Positions 1 through 11,500 of a DNA stretch of 43,640 nt are shown in pieces. The notes beneath the pieces are model-generated. The model worked only from the letters and a program-made list of their open reading frames with translations, made no database searches and was not told the DNA's origin. This DNA is from Nemertoderma westbladi. Lineage: Eukaryota > Animalia > Xenacoelomorpha. Numbering within the stretch: position 1 is the stretch's first letter; each line of letters begins with the position of its first letter. The DNA is taken from NCBI GenBank assembly GCA_032718475.1, contig JAUCBJ010004433.1:1-43640 (forward strand), given 5' to 3'. Made by a program: the position numbers and the translations under genes.

Positions 1-204
1 TTGGTATACCACGAACCGGACTTCCTAGTACAAGAACCCACTATTATAGGCCGGGAAACGGAAAGTAAATCGGGAAACAGTAATAATCAAAGTGGAACTA
101 ATTTTGTACCAGAACCAAGACGTAGCCTTAGTGAGCGTAAAGAAACTGTACATTTCGGGTCTACAACAGTTCATTTTATAGAAAAAAATAGCAAAAAATT
201 GTAA
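1..204 (+). mobile_element. Possible 3' end of an LTR-retrotransposon pol ORF (runs off the window edge)
   Basis: Open frame ending TAA at 202-204 with a low-complexity PRRSLSERK tail. A polypurine tract followed by TG lies about 160 bp downstream. No catalytic motif visible. Confidence 0.35.
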
Positions 205-726
205 ATGACAAATTAAGTGAGATAAATTTATATCCAACAATTGGAAATATTGGATTTCGAAACTGAAAGTAACTTTCTCATATAAAATACATATAACTAT
301 TCGTATGAGGTACAATCGCAATAGGCATTTTTAAAATGGACAAGATTAGCCTATTTCGATCGCGAAGGGAAAGGGAGATGGAATAGACCCATCAATATTG
401 TATATTGTTGTATGGTGGTGGTGTTATTTGTCAGTGTTATTACTATACTCTAGTGCCCTGTTACATGGCCTATATTTCATATATACTTATTGTATGGCCT
501 GGCCATGGCTGCATAGTATAACATAGTGCAGGAGCGCACTACATGCTGACACCTTGTCAGCATCTACAGATCTATATATACGTATTACATACTTATAATA
601 TAAATGTATTATATTCAATATGTGATTGTTTACATGGATTAATATTATCCCCTCGGGAGTTCGGCCAGACATGAGGTTATACAGTTATACCAGAGCCAAG
701 GTGGGAAGGGACACAGTGGGTCTACC

Positions 727-1782
727 TTGATACCGGGTTTGGAGCCCCTCCCAGCGGAGGACGAGGATGACAACGAGTTTGGAGAGCTGCCGCCCATTGG
801 GAGAATCAGCCACTCAGACACAGACTGGGTTGGCGGGAGAGTGGTGACGGTCAGCGGGGTGAGGGCCTTCTGGGATAGACCCGGCAAGCAGGCCTGGGTG
901 CATGAGGAGCCGGTGATGGATTTCGCGGGGAGCACCATCAGGTTGGTCGAGCAACCAGGAACGGCACCACGGGTAGTATTCGGAGAGACGATGCCCAGGC
1001 GAGACGAGGACATAGACATGGACAGAGACGTTAACGTCCAGAAGTTTGCTTAGCAGCAACTCCATAGACCAAGGAGATCGCTTGGGGCAAAGGACGACTT
1101 GGGGCGGGACGCGTTGGTACTCGGCTGCGATTACTGCGGGAGGCTTACTCACCAGGAAAGGAGCTGCTTGTATCGATTCCAGAAGGGGACAAGCTGCCTC
1201 TACTGCCGCGAGTCAAGTCATAGGATGGGGGCGTGTCCACGGTTGCACAACCGGTGCTCTAAGTGCAACTTCCGGGGGCACTACGGACGCCTGTGCGACT
1301 GGATGGACGACGAGGAGAAGTTTAAGATCTTCGAGGAGTGGGCCGATGTCGGCGTCATGACACAGCAGCAGATGAAGGCCCAGGAATTCCGGTGGGGCTT
1401 CTTTAATATTAACCAGGAGGCCCACCTGGAAATCATCAAACGGAGGCTTCCGTTTACTTATCAAGAAGTATCAACGGCGGCATCATATGCGGGAGTGATG
1501 AATACACAGAGGTATTTAGACAGATGGGCGCCAGAGAACCGGGGAGAGTTCAGAGATTTCCTGGCGGAGCATGTGCCGCGGGCCATGAAGGTGATCTTAC
1601 GGGACGCCACTAGGGTGAAGCAGCAGGGGCATTCGGAGGGGCCACCTGCGAAGCGATATCGGGAGCTAATAACACCAGCTCCCAAGGAATCGACGACGGG
1701 AACCTTAAGGAGGACAAGAACAAGGGAGCGGCGACAACCAGGAAGCGACCGGGACAGGATGACGACAGAGGGAAGGAACTGA
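727..1782 (+). pseudogene. Gag/nucleocapsid-like protein with three CCHC zinc knuckles, interrupted by one in-frame stop
   Basis: ORFs 727-1053 and 1099-1782 share a frame, separated by TAG at 1051-1053; the frame is open from 643. CDYCGRLTHQERSC, CLYCRESSHRMGAC and CSKCNFRGHYGRLC all fit C-X2-C-X4-H-X4-C. AATAAA at about 1891. Confidence 0.75.
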
Positions 1783-2557
1783 GATGGTTCCCAAAGACAG
1801 GAAGAGCGAACTAGGACTTGGAGGGGGAGATGTGGGGATGCCTGGAAGGCACCACATGCGAAGTAATACAAACTCCTAAGTGCAAATTTAATAAAAGTGC
1901 AATTAGTATGTACGTATGTAATAATCAACAGAATATAATCATATAATCAATATCCAATATAATCAAAGTAAGTAGTATAGTCATGCAACCTTTTTCCAAC
2001 TAGCTACTGGGACTGGGGACCAATTGACTGTGACAGGACGAGACACTAGACGACTCACACTTCTTGAGTGCGACGGCGCAAAGGGGAGGGTGAGGTTCGT
2101 CAGGAGTAAGTGGAGCGGAACGAGTAAGGGTTGAGTATAGAACGCAGGGGAGATAGTGAGAGGTGGTGTTGAGGCGTGTGAAGAGAGTACGGGTGCGATT
2201 CAAATGTGGGGGGGGGGGGGGGAGGAGTAAGAGGCAGAGTGGGGGACAAAGAGGTCCGAAAGTGGAGTGTAGTTAGAGTGAAAGTAGAGAGAAGTTAGAG
2301 TCAGTTAGAGTGGAGTGGAGATTTAAAATTGTGAGAGAGAAGTCCACAATTGTCTCGAACCGAGACGCCAGATGTCTTGGTGCAACATAGGTTGGAGTTG
2401 CACCAAGTGGGGGTAGTAATATTATACCCAGAGGGAGCGGCCTGGAAAGCCGACTCCAAGTAAAAGAACTCCACCCCACACCCGATAGTAGATCGGGTAC
2501 CAGCGGAATTGAAGCGCACTCAAAGGTGATGCTATCTTCTCACCGGGAAGATAGCAT

Positions 2558-2873
2558 GGGGGGAGTGTGAGCGGATTCAATTCCGCCTCATTACCCCCAT
2601 AAAGTTGGGAAGTGGCGCCTTTTTCAGCAATATTGGAGATACGAGATTGATAACAACCAATCTCGTATCACACCCAATAACGGGGATAACATACACCCCA
2701 AAAGCCACACAAAGGGAGGTTAGAGGTCAAACAACCTCGAGAGGGCAGATAACCAACAGCAGCGGGGGGAAGCACTCCCACAGAGGTGAGAGGCGTGAAG
2801 TAGGTCATCAACCAATGGGAGCGGGGAAAAGTATCCACTGGACAAAGGCCAAAGTAATGTAGGAATGAATACA
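2558..2873 (+). mobile_element. Second PPT plus putative LTR start
   Basis: GGGGGGAG (2558-2565) is directly followed by TGTGAGCGGATTCAAT. CCAAT boxes at about 2657, 2674 and 2812. Confidence 0.35.
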
Positions 2874-3149
2874 TATATTATCCTATTACTGGTCAGTTAA
2901 TCAGTTTACTCAGTCATTCAGTTCAGTGCAGACCGGTGATGTTCTTCACCGTCACCGTCACCACACATCACATATATTATCTTATTACCGGTACACTGTT
3001 ATCCCATCAATCTATCAACTGTGCTATTATATTATCCTATTACCGTGTTTATTCAATCATTAATACGAACATCAAGACGATAACAACAAACTTTATTTCA
3101 CAACCAAATGGTGATGCGTAGTCTACAAACCCGGTCGGGATCCCACTGA

Positions 3150-3949
3150 TCCCGTCACAGTAGATATCCGGCAACTACAGTCACAGACACCGACTTTGCG
3201 GATGACATCGCCCTGCTCTCTAATACGCTAGCAGATGCACAGCTTCTACTAAATAAAGTGGAGAGGGCTGCTAAGGAGGTTGGATTGCATATAAATTCTA
3301 CAAAGACCGAATTCATGACCTTTAATGTTAATGGAAACTTGACAACCATTGATAATAATCAACTAAGGAAGGTCGATGACTTCCAGTACCTTGGATCATG
3401 GATAGAGAGTAGCAAAAAGGACATAGAAGTTAGGAAAGCAAAGGCTTGGGTAGCTCTATCAAAAATGGATACCATCTGGAGATCAGATCTCTCCAGGCAC
3501 CTGAAGACTAAGTTCTTTCGAGCCACAGTGAAAAGTGTATTTTTATACGGGGGTGAGACCTGGACACTGACTAAATCACTTGAACAACGAATTGATGGTT
3601 GCTACACAAGACTACTAAGGGCAGCCCTAAACATCAGCTGGAGACAACACATGACAAACGCCGAACTTTATGGTACAATACCACCTGTATCAACCACCCT
3701 CCGTGAACGCAGATTAAGATTCAGTGGGCACTGCTGGCGAAGTAAAGACGAGGTCATACCAGATCTACTTCTCTGGCAACCAACTCATGGAAAGCGTAGT
3801 CGTGTACGACCGGCCATAACATATATAGATCAACTTGAAAGGGATACTGAACTTGGGAGAAACGAAATTGCGACAACTATGGAGAATCGGGAAGCCTGGA
3901 AGGATCTCATTTCCACTGTCCGAGTTCGCTCGACCTAGTAGTAGTAGTA
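3150..3949 (+). mobile_element. 5'-truncated RTE-clade LINE (C-terminal half of RT) with (TAG)n tail
   Basis: The frame from 3153 reads RHSRYPATTVTDTDFADDIALL...FQYLGSWI...LYGGETWTLT...LRFSGHCWR...LLLWQP. Stop at 3936-3938 runs into TAGTAGTAGTAG. Confidence 0.9.
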
Positions 3950-4171
3950 TTCATAGTTTGTAATAATCAGTGTTCATTATTCGTAGTTTGTAATGTAGGG
4001 CCTACGATTTTTATCACTAATTTTCTATGTTAATTGCATTTGCAATATAGTTCAAGTCTAATTCACTAGACATTTATTTTGTAGAATATCGATATTCCAA
4101 AACACCCGATCTCTCTATCTACTGTATTATCGGCATGCTAGATTGATACTTCAATAATAAAGCTAACAAAT

Positions 4172-4227
4172 TTGCGCCGCCACAACTCCCTATCACCCAA
4201 CCTTGCGCCGCCACAACTCCCTATCAC
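4172..4227. repeat. Two-copy tandem duplication, 31-bp period
   Basis: TTGCGCCGCCACAACTCCCTATCAC at 4172 and 4203. Confidence 0.85.
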
Positions 4228-4392
4228 TCATGATTTTCGCGACTTTCCTTATTTAGCGCTTAACTGCAGCACTAAATATCGTATTTTCAATTAACGTCAA
4301 TTATCTCGATAATAGGCCCTACTATCAATTATCGATGTTATACATTTTAAAACATATGTTTATGTTAATTTTACTTATTTTGATTATCTTTG

Positions 4393-7300
4393 ATGTTAAT
4401 AAATGCCAGTACAACTGGTTTATGTTAATAAATGCCAGTACAACTGGTTTATGTTAATAAATGCCAGCACAACTGGTTTATGTTAATAAATGCCAGTACA
4501 ACTGGTTTATGTTAATAAATGCCAGTACAACTGGTTTATGTTAATAAATGCCAGTACAACTGGTTTATGTTAATAAATGCCAGTACAACTGGTTTACGTT
4601 AATAACTGCCAGTACAACAACAGGTTTATGTTAATAAATGCCAGTACAACTGGTTTATGTTAATAAATGCCAGTACAACTGGTTTATGTTAAGAAATGCC
4701 AGTACAACAACTGGTTTATGTTAATAAATGCCAGTACAACTGGTTTATGTTAATAAATGCCAGTACAACTGGTTTATGTTAATAAATGCCAGTACAACTG
4801 GTTTATGTTAATAAATGCCAGTACAACAACTGGTTTATGTTAATAAATGCCAGTACAACAACTAGTTTATGTTAATAAATGCCAGTACAACTGGTTTATG
4901 TTAATAAATGCCAGTGCATCAACTGGTTTATGTTAATAAATGCCAGTACAACTGGTTTATGTTAATAAATGCCAGTACAACAACTGGTTTATGTTAATAA
5001 AGGCCAGTACAACTGGTTTATGTTAATAAATGCCAGTACAACTGGTTTATGTTAATAAATGCCAGTACAACTGGTTTATGTTAATAAATACCAGTACAAC
5101 TGGTTTATGTTAATAAATGCCAGTACAACAACTGGTTTATGTTAATAAATGCCAGTACAACAACTGGTTTATGTTAATAAATGCCAGTACAACTGGTTTA
5201 TGTTAATAAATGCCAGTACAACAACTGGTTTATGTTAATAAATGCCAGTACAACTGGTTTATGTTAATAAATGCCAGTACAACTGGTTTATGTTAATAAA
5301 TGCCAGTACAACAACTGGTTTATGTTAATAAATGCCAGTACAACTGGTTTATGTTAATAAATGCCAGTACAACTGGTTTATGTTAATAAATGCCAGTACA
5401 ACAACTGGTTTATGTTAATAAATGCCAGTACAACAACTGGTTTATGTTAATAAATGACAGTACAACTGGTTTATGTTAATAAATGCCAGTACAACTGGTT
5501 TATGTTAATAAATGCCAGTACAACTGGTTTATGTTAATAAATGCCAGTACAACAACTGGTTTATGTAATAAATGCCAGTACAACAACTGGTTTATGTTAA
5601 TAAATGCCAGTACAACAACTGGTTTATGTTAATAAATGCCAGTACAACTGGTTTATGTTAATAAATGCCAGTACAACTGGTTTATGTTAATAAATGCCAG
5701 TACAACTGGTTTATGTTAATAAATGCCAGTACAACTGGTTTATGTTAATAAATGCCAGTACAACTGGTTTATGTTAATAAATGCCAGTACAACTGGTTTA
5801 TGTTAATAAATGCCAGTACAACAACTGGTTTATGTAATAAATGCCAGTACAACAACTGGTTTATGTTAATAAATGCCAGTACAACAACTGGTTTATGTTA
5901 ATAAATGACAGTACAACTGGTTTATGTTAATAAATGCCAGTACAACTGGTTTATGTTAATAAATGCCAGTACAACAACTGGTTTATGTTAATAAATGCCA
6001 GTACAACTGGTTTATGTTAATAAATGCCAGTACAACAACTGGTTTATGTTAATAAATGCCAGTACAACAACTGGTTTATGTTAATAAATGACAGTACAAC
6101 TGGTTTATGTTAATAAATGCCAGTACAACTGGTTTATGTTAATAAATGCCAGTACAACAACTGGTTTATGTTAATAAATGCCAGTACAACTGGTTTATGT
6201 TAATAAATGCCAGTACAACTGGTTTATGTTAATAAATGCCAGTACAACAAATGGTTTATGTTAATAAATGCCAGTACAACTGGTTTATGTTAATAAATGC
6301 CAGTACAACAACTAGTTTATGTTAATAAATGCCAGTACAACTGGTTTATGTTAATAAATGCCAGTACAACTGGTTTATGTTAATAAATGCCAGTACATCA
6401 ACTGGTTTATGTTAATAAATGCCAGTACAACTGGTTTATGTTAATAAATGCCAGTACAACAACTGGTTTATGTTAATAAATGCCAGTACAACAACTGGTT
6501 TATGTTAATAAATACCAGTACAACTGGTTTATGTTAATAAATGCCAGTACAACAACTGGTTTATGTTAATAAATGCCAGTACAACAACTGGTTTATGTTA
6601 ATAAATACCAGTACAACTGGTTTATGTTAATAAATGCCAGTACAACTGGTTTATGTTAATAAATGCCAGTACAACTGGTTTATGTTAATAAATACCAGTA
6701 CAACTGGTTTATGTTAATAAATGCCAGTACAACAACTGGTTTATGTTAATAAATGCCAGTACAACAACTGGTTTATGTTAATAAATACCAGTACAACTGG
6801 TTTATGTTAATAAATGCCAGTACAACAACTGGTTTATGTTAATAAATGCCAGTACAACTGGTTTATGTTAATAAATGCCAGTACAACTGGTTTATGTTAA
6901 TAAATGCCAGTACAACAACTGGTTTATGTTAATAAATGACAGTACAACTGGTTTATGTTAATAAATGCCAGTACAACTGGTTTATGTTAATAAATGCCAG
7001 TACAACTGGTTTATGTTAATAAATGCCAGTACAACAACTGGTTTATGTAATAAATGCCAGTACAACAACTGGTTTATGTTAATAAATGCCAGTACAACTG
7101 GTTTATGTTAATAAATGCCAGTACAACAACTGGTTTATGTTAATAAATGCCAGTACAACTGGTTTATGTTAATAAATGCCAGTACAACAACTGGTTTATG
7201 TTAATAAATGCCAGTACAACAACTGGTTTATGTTAATAAATGACAGTACAACTGGTTTATGTTAATAAATGCCAGTACAACTGGTTTATGTTAATAAATG

Positions 7301-8511
7301 CCAGTACAACAACTAGTTTATGTTAATAAATGCCAGTACAACTGGTTTATGTTAATAAATGCCAGTACAACTGGTTTATGTTAATAAATGCCAGTACAAC
7401 AAATGGTTTATGTTAATAAATGCCAGTACAACAACTGGTTTATGTTAATAAATGCCAGTACAACTGGTTTATGTTAATAAATGCCAGTACAACTGGTTTA
7501 TGTTAATAAATGCCAGTACAACAAATGGTTTATGTTAATAAATGCCAGTACAACTTTATGTTAATAAATGCCAGTACAACAACTGGTTTATGTTAATAAA
7601 TGCCAGTACAACAACTAGTTTATGTTAATAAATGCCAGTACAACTGGTTTATGTTAATAAATGCCAGTACAACAACTGGTTTATGTTAATAAATGCCAGT
7701 ACAACTGGTTTATGTTAATAAATGCCAGTACAACAACTGGATTATGTTAATAAATGCCAATACAACTGGTTTATGTTAATAAATGCCAGTGCAACTGGTT
7801 TATGTTAATAAATGCCAGTACAACTGGTTTATGTTAATAAATGCCAGTACAACAACTGGTTTATGTTAATAAATGCCAGTACAACAACTGGTTTATGTTA
7901 ATAAATGCCAGTACAACTGGTTTATGTTAATAAATGCCAGTACAACAACTGGTTTATGTTAATAAATGCCAGTACAACAACTGGATTATGTTAATAAATG
8001 CCAATACAACTGGTTTATGTTAATAAATGCCAGTGCAACTGGTTTATGTTAATAAATGCCAGTACAACTGGTTTATGTTAATAAATGCCAGTACAACTGG
8101 TTTATGTTTATAAATGCCAGTACAACAACTGGTTTATGATAATAAATGCCAGTACAACAACTGGTTTATGTTAATAAATGCCAGTACAACTGGTTTATGT
8201 TAATAAATGCCAGTACAACAACTGGTTTATGTTAATAAATGCCAGTACAACTGGTTTATGTTAATAAATTCCAGTACAACTGGTTTAATAAATGCCAGTA
8301 CAACTGGTTTATGTTAATAAATGCCAGTACAACTGGTTTATGTTAATAAATGCCAGTACAACTGGTTTATGTTAATAAATGCCAGTACAACAACTGGTTT
8401 ATGTTAATAAATGCCAGTTCAACAACTAGTTTATGTTAATAAATGCCAGTACAACTGGTTTATGTTAATAAATGCCAGTAGAACTGGTTTATTTTATTAA
8501 TAAATGCCAGT
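4393..8511. repeat. Satellite 1: 29/32-bp unit, roughly 135-140 copies
   Basis: Unit TGTTAATAAATGCCAGTACAA(CAA)CTGGTTTA. Internal inverted repeat CCAGT-ACA-ACTGG; AATAAA in nearly every unit. Confidence 0.97.
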
Positions 8512-8545
8512 TGCTGTGCGCGATTAATAATAACTTCCTTTTCCA

Positions 8546-11500
8546 TGGAAGTGGCTGAACTGGCTACATTGAATAGTGTTCCTAAGAGTCAGTGGAAGTG
8601 GCTGAACTGGTTACATTGAATAGTGTTCCTAAGAGTCAGTGGAAGTGGCTGAACTGGTTACATTGAATAGTGTTCCTAAGAGTCATCGGAAGTGGCTGAA
8701 CTGGTTACATTGAATAGTGTTCCTAAGAGTCTGTGGAAGTGGCTGAACTGGCTACATTGAATAGTGTTCCTAAGAGTCATCGGAAGTGGCTGAACTGGCT
8801 ACATTGAATAGTGTTCCTAAGAGTCAGTGGAAGTGGCTGAACTGGTTACATTGAATAGTGTTCCTAAGAGTCAGTGGAAGTGGCTGAACTGGCTACATTA
8901 AATAGTGTTCCTAAGAGTCAGTGGAAGTGGCTGAACTGGTTACATTGAATAGTGTTCCTAAGAGTCATCGGGAGTGGCTGAACTGGCTACATTGAATAGT
9001 GTTCCTAAGAGTAGTGGAAGTGGCTGAACTGGCTACATTGAATAGTGTTCCTAAGAGTCAGTGGAAGTGGCTGAACTGGTTACATTGAAAAGTGTTCCTA
9101 AGAGTCAGTGGAAGTGGCTGAACTGGTTACATTGAATAGTGTTCCTAAGAGTCAGTGGAAGTGGCTGAACTGGCTACATTGAATAGTGTTCCTAAGAGTC
9201 AGTGGAAGTGGCTGAACTGGCTACATTGAATAGTGTTCCTAAGAGTCAGTGGAAGTGGCTGAACTGGTTACATTGAACAGTGTTCCTAAGAGTCATCGGG
9301 AGTGGCTGAACTGGCTACATTGAATAGTGTTCCTAAGAGTCAGTGGAAGTGGCTGAACTGGTTACATTGAATAGTGTTCCTAAGAGTCATCGGGAGTGGC
9401 TGAACTGGCTACATTGAATAGTGTTCCTAAGAGTCAGTGGAAGTGGCTGAACTGGCTACATTGAATAGTGTTCCTAAGAGTCAGTGGAAGTGGCTGAACT
9501 GGTTACATTGAACAGTGTTCCTAAGAGTCATCGGGAGTGGCTGAACTGGCTACATTGAATAGTGTTCCTAAGAGTCAGTGGAAGTGGCTGAACTGGTTAC
9601 ATTGAATAGTGTTCCTAAGAGTCATCGGGAGTGGCTGAACTGGCTACATTGAATAGTGTTCCTAAGAGTCAGTGGAAGTGGCTGAACTGGCTACATTGAA
9701 TAGTGTTCCTAAGAGTCAGTGGAAGTGGCTGAACTGGTTACATTGAACAGTGTTCCTAAGAGTCAGTGGAAGTGGCTGAACTGGTTACATTGAATAGTGT
9801 TCCTAAGAGTCATCGGAAGTGGCTGAACTGGTTACATTGAATAGTGTTCCTAAGTGTCAGTGGAAGTGGCTGAACTGGTTACATTGAACAGTGTTCCTAA
9901 GAGTCAGTGGAAGTGGCTGAACTGGTTACATTGAATAGTGTTCCTAAGAGTCATCGGAAGTGGCTGAACTGGTTACATTGAATAGTGTTCCTAAGAGTCA
10001 GTGGAAGTGGCTGAACTGGCTACATTGAATAGTGTTCCTAAGAGTCAGTGGAAGTGGCTGAACTGGCTACATTGAATAGTGTTCCTAAAAGTCATCGGAA
10101 GTGGCTGAACTGGCTACATTAAATAGTGTTCCTAAGAGTCAGTGGAAGTGGCTGAACTGGTTACATTGAATAGTGTTCCTAAGAGTCAGTGGAAGTGGCT
10201 GAACTGGTTACATTGAATAGTGTTCCTAAGAGTCAGTGGAAGTGGCTGAACTGTCTACATTGAATAGTGTTCCTAAGAGTCAGTGGAAGTGGCTGAACTG
10301 GTTACATTGAATAGTGTTCCTAAGAGTCATCGGAAGCGGCTGAACTGGTTACATTGAATAGTGTTCCTAAGAGTCAGTGGAAGGGGCTGAACTGGTTACA
10401 TTGAATAGTGTTCCTAAGAGTCATCGGAAGTGGCTGAACTGGTTACATTGAATAGTGTTCCTAAGAGTCAGTGGAAGTGGCTGAACTGTCTACATTGAAT
10501 AGTGTTCCTAAGAGTCTGTGGAAGTGGCTGAACTGGCTACATTGAATAGTGTTCCTAAGAGTCATCGGAAGTGGCTGAACTGGCAACATTGAATAGTGTT
10601 CCTAAGAGTCAGTGGAAGTGGCTGAACTGGTTACATTGAATAGTGTTCCTAAGAGTCAGTGGAAGTGGCTGAACTGGTTACATTGAATAGTGTTCCTAAG
10701 AGTCAGTGGAAGTGGCTGAACTGGTTACATTGAATAGTGTTCCTAAGAGTCATCGGAAGTGGCTGAACTGGTTACATTGAATAGTGTTCCTAAGAGTCAG
10801 TGGAAGTGGCTGAACTGTCTACATTGAATAGTGTTCCTAAGAGTCAGTGGAAGTGGCTGAACTGGCTACATTGAATAGTGTTCCTAAGAGTCAGTGGAAG
10901 TGGCTGAACTGGTTACATTGAATAGTGTTCCTAAGAGTCAGTGGAAGTGGCTGAACTGTCTACATTGAATAGTGTTCCTAAGAGTCAGTGGAAGTGGCTG
11001 AACTGGCTACATTGAATAGTGTTCCTAAGAGTCAGTGGAAGTGGCTGAACTGGTTACATTGAATAGTGTTCCTAAGAGTCAGTGGAAGTGGCTGAACTGG
11101 TTACATTGAATAGTGTTCCTAAGAGTCATCGGAAGTGGCTGAACTGGTTACATTGAATAGTGTTCCTAAGAGTCAGTGGAAGTGGCTGAACTGTCTACAT
11201 TGAATAGTGTTCCTAAGAGTCAGTGGAAGTGGCTGAACTGGCTACATTGAATAGTGTTCCTAAGAGTCAGTGGAAGTGGCTGAACTGGTTACATTGAATA
11301 GTGTTCCTAAGAGTCAGTGGAAGTGGCTGAACTGTCTACATTGAATAGTGTTCCTAAGAGTCAGTGGAAGTGGCTGAACTGGCTACATTGAATAGTGTTC
11401 CTAAGAGTCAGTGGAAGTGGCTGAACTGGTTACATTGAATAGTGTTCCTAAGAGTCAGTGGAAGTGGCTGAACTGTCTACATTGAATAGTGTTCCTAAGA

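Larger units (their letters stand above)
364..3100 (+). mobile_element. Polypurine tract plus putative LTR (379-650 and about 2884-3100), split by an insertion
   Basis: GAAGGGAAAGGGAGA (364-378) is immediately followed by TGGAATA (379). The imperfect inverted end TATTTCA is at 3094-3100. TCAGT initiator-like motifs cluster at 2892-2927. Confidence 0.4.

Noticed and set aside
2566-2581. lac-operator-like TGTGAGCGGAT (vector contamination)
   Set aside because: Only a half-site match, with no other vector sequence.
8546-8592. Satellite 2 unit as RT-derived (minus frame LGTLFNV resembles the YLG motif)
   Set aside because: Too short, and no flanking RT sequence supports it.
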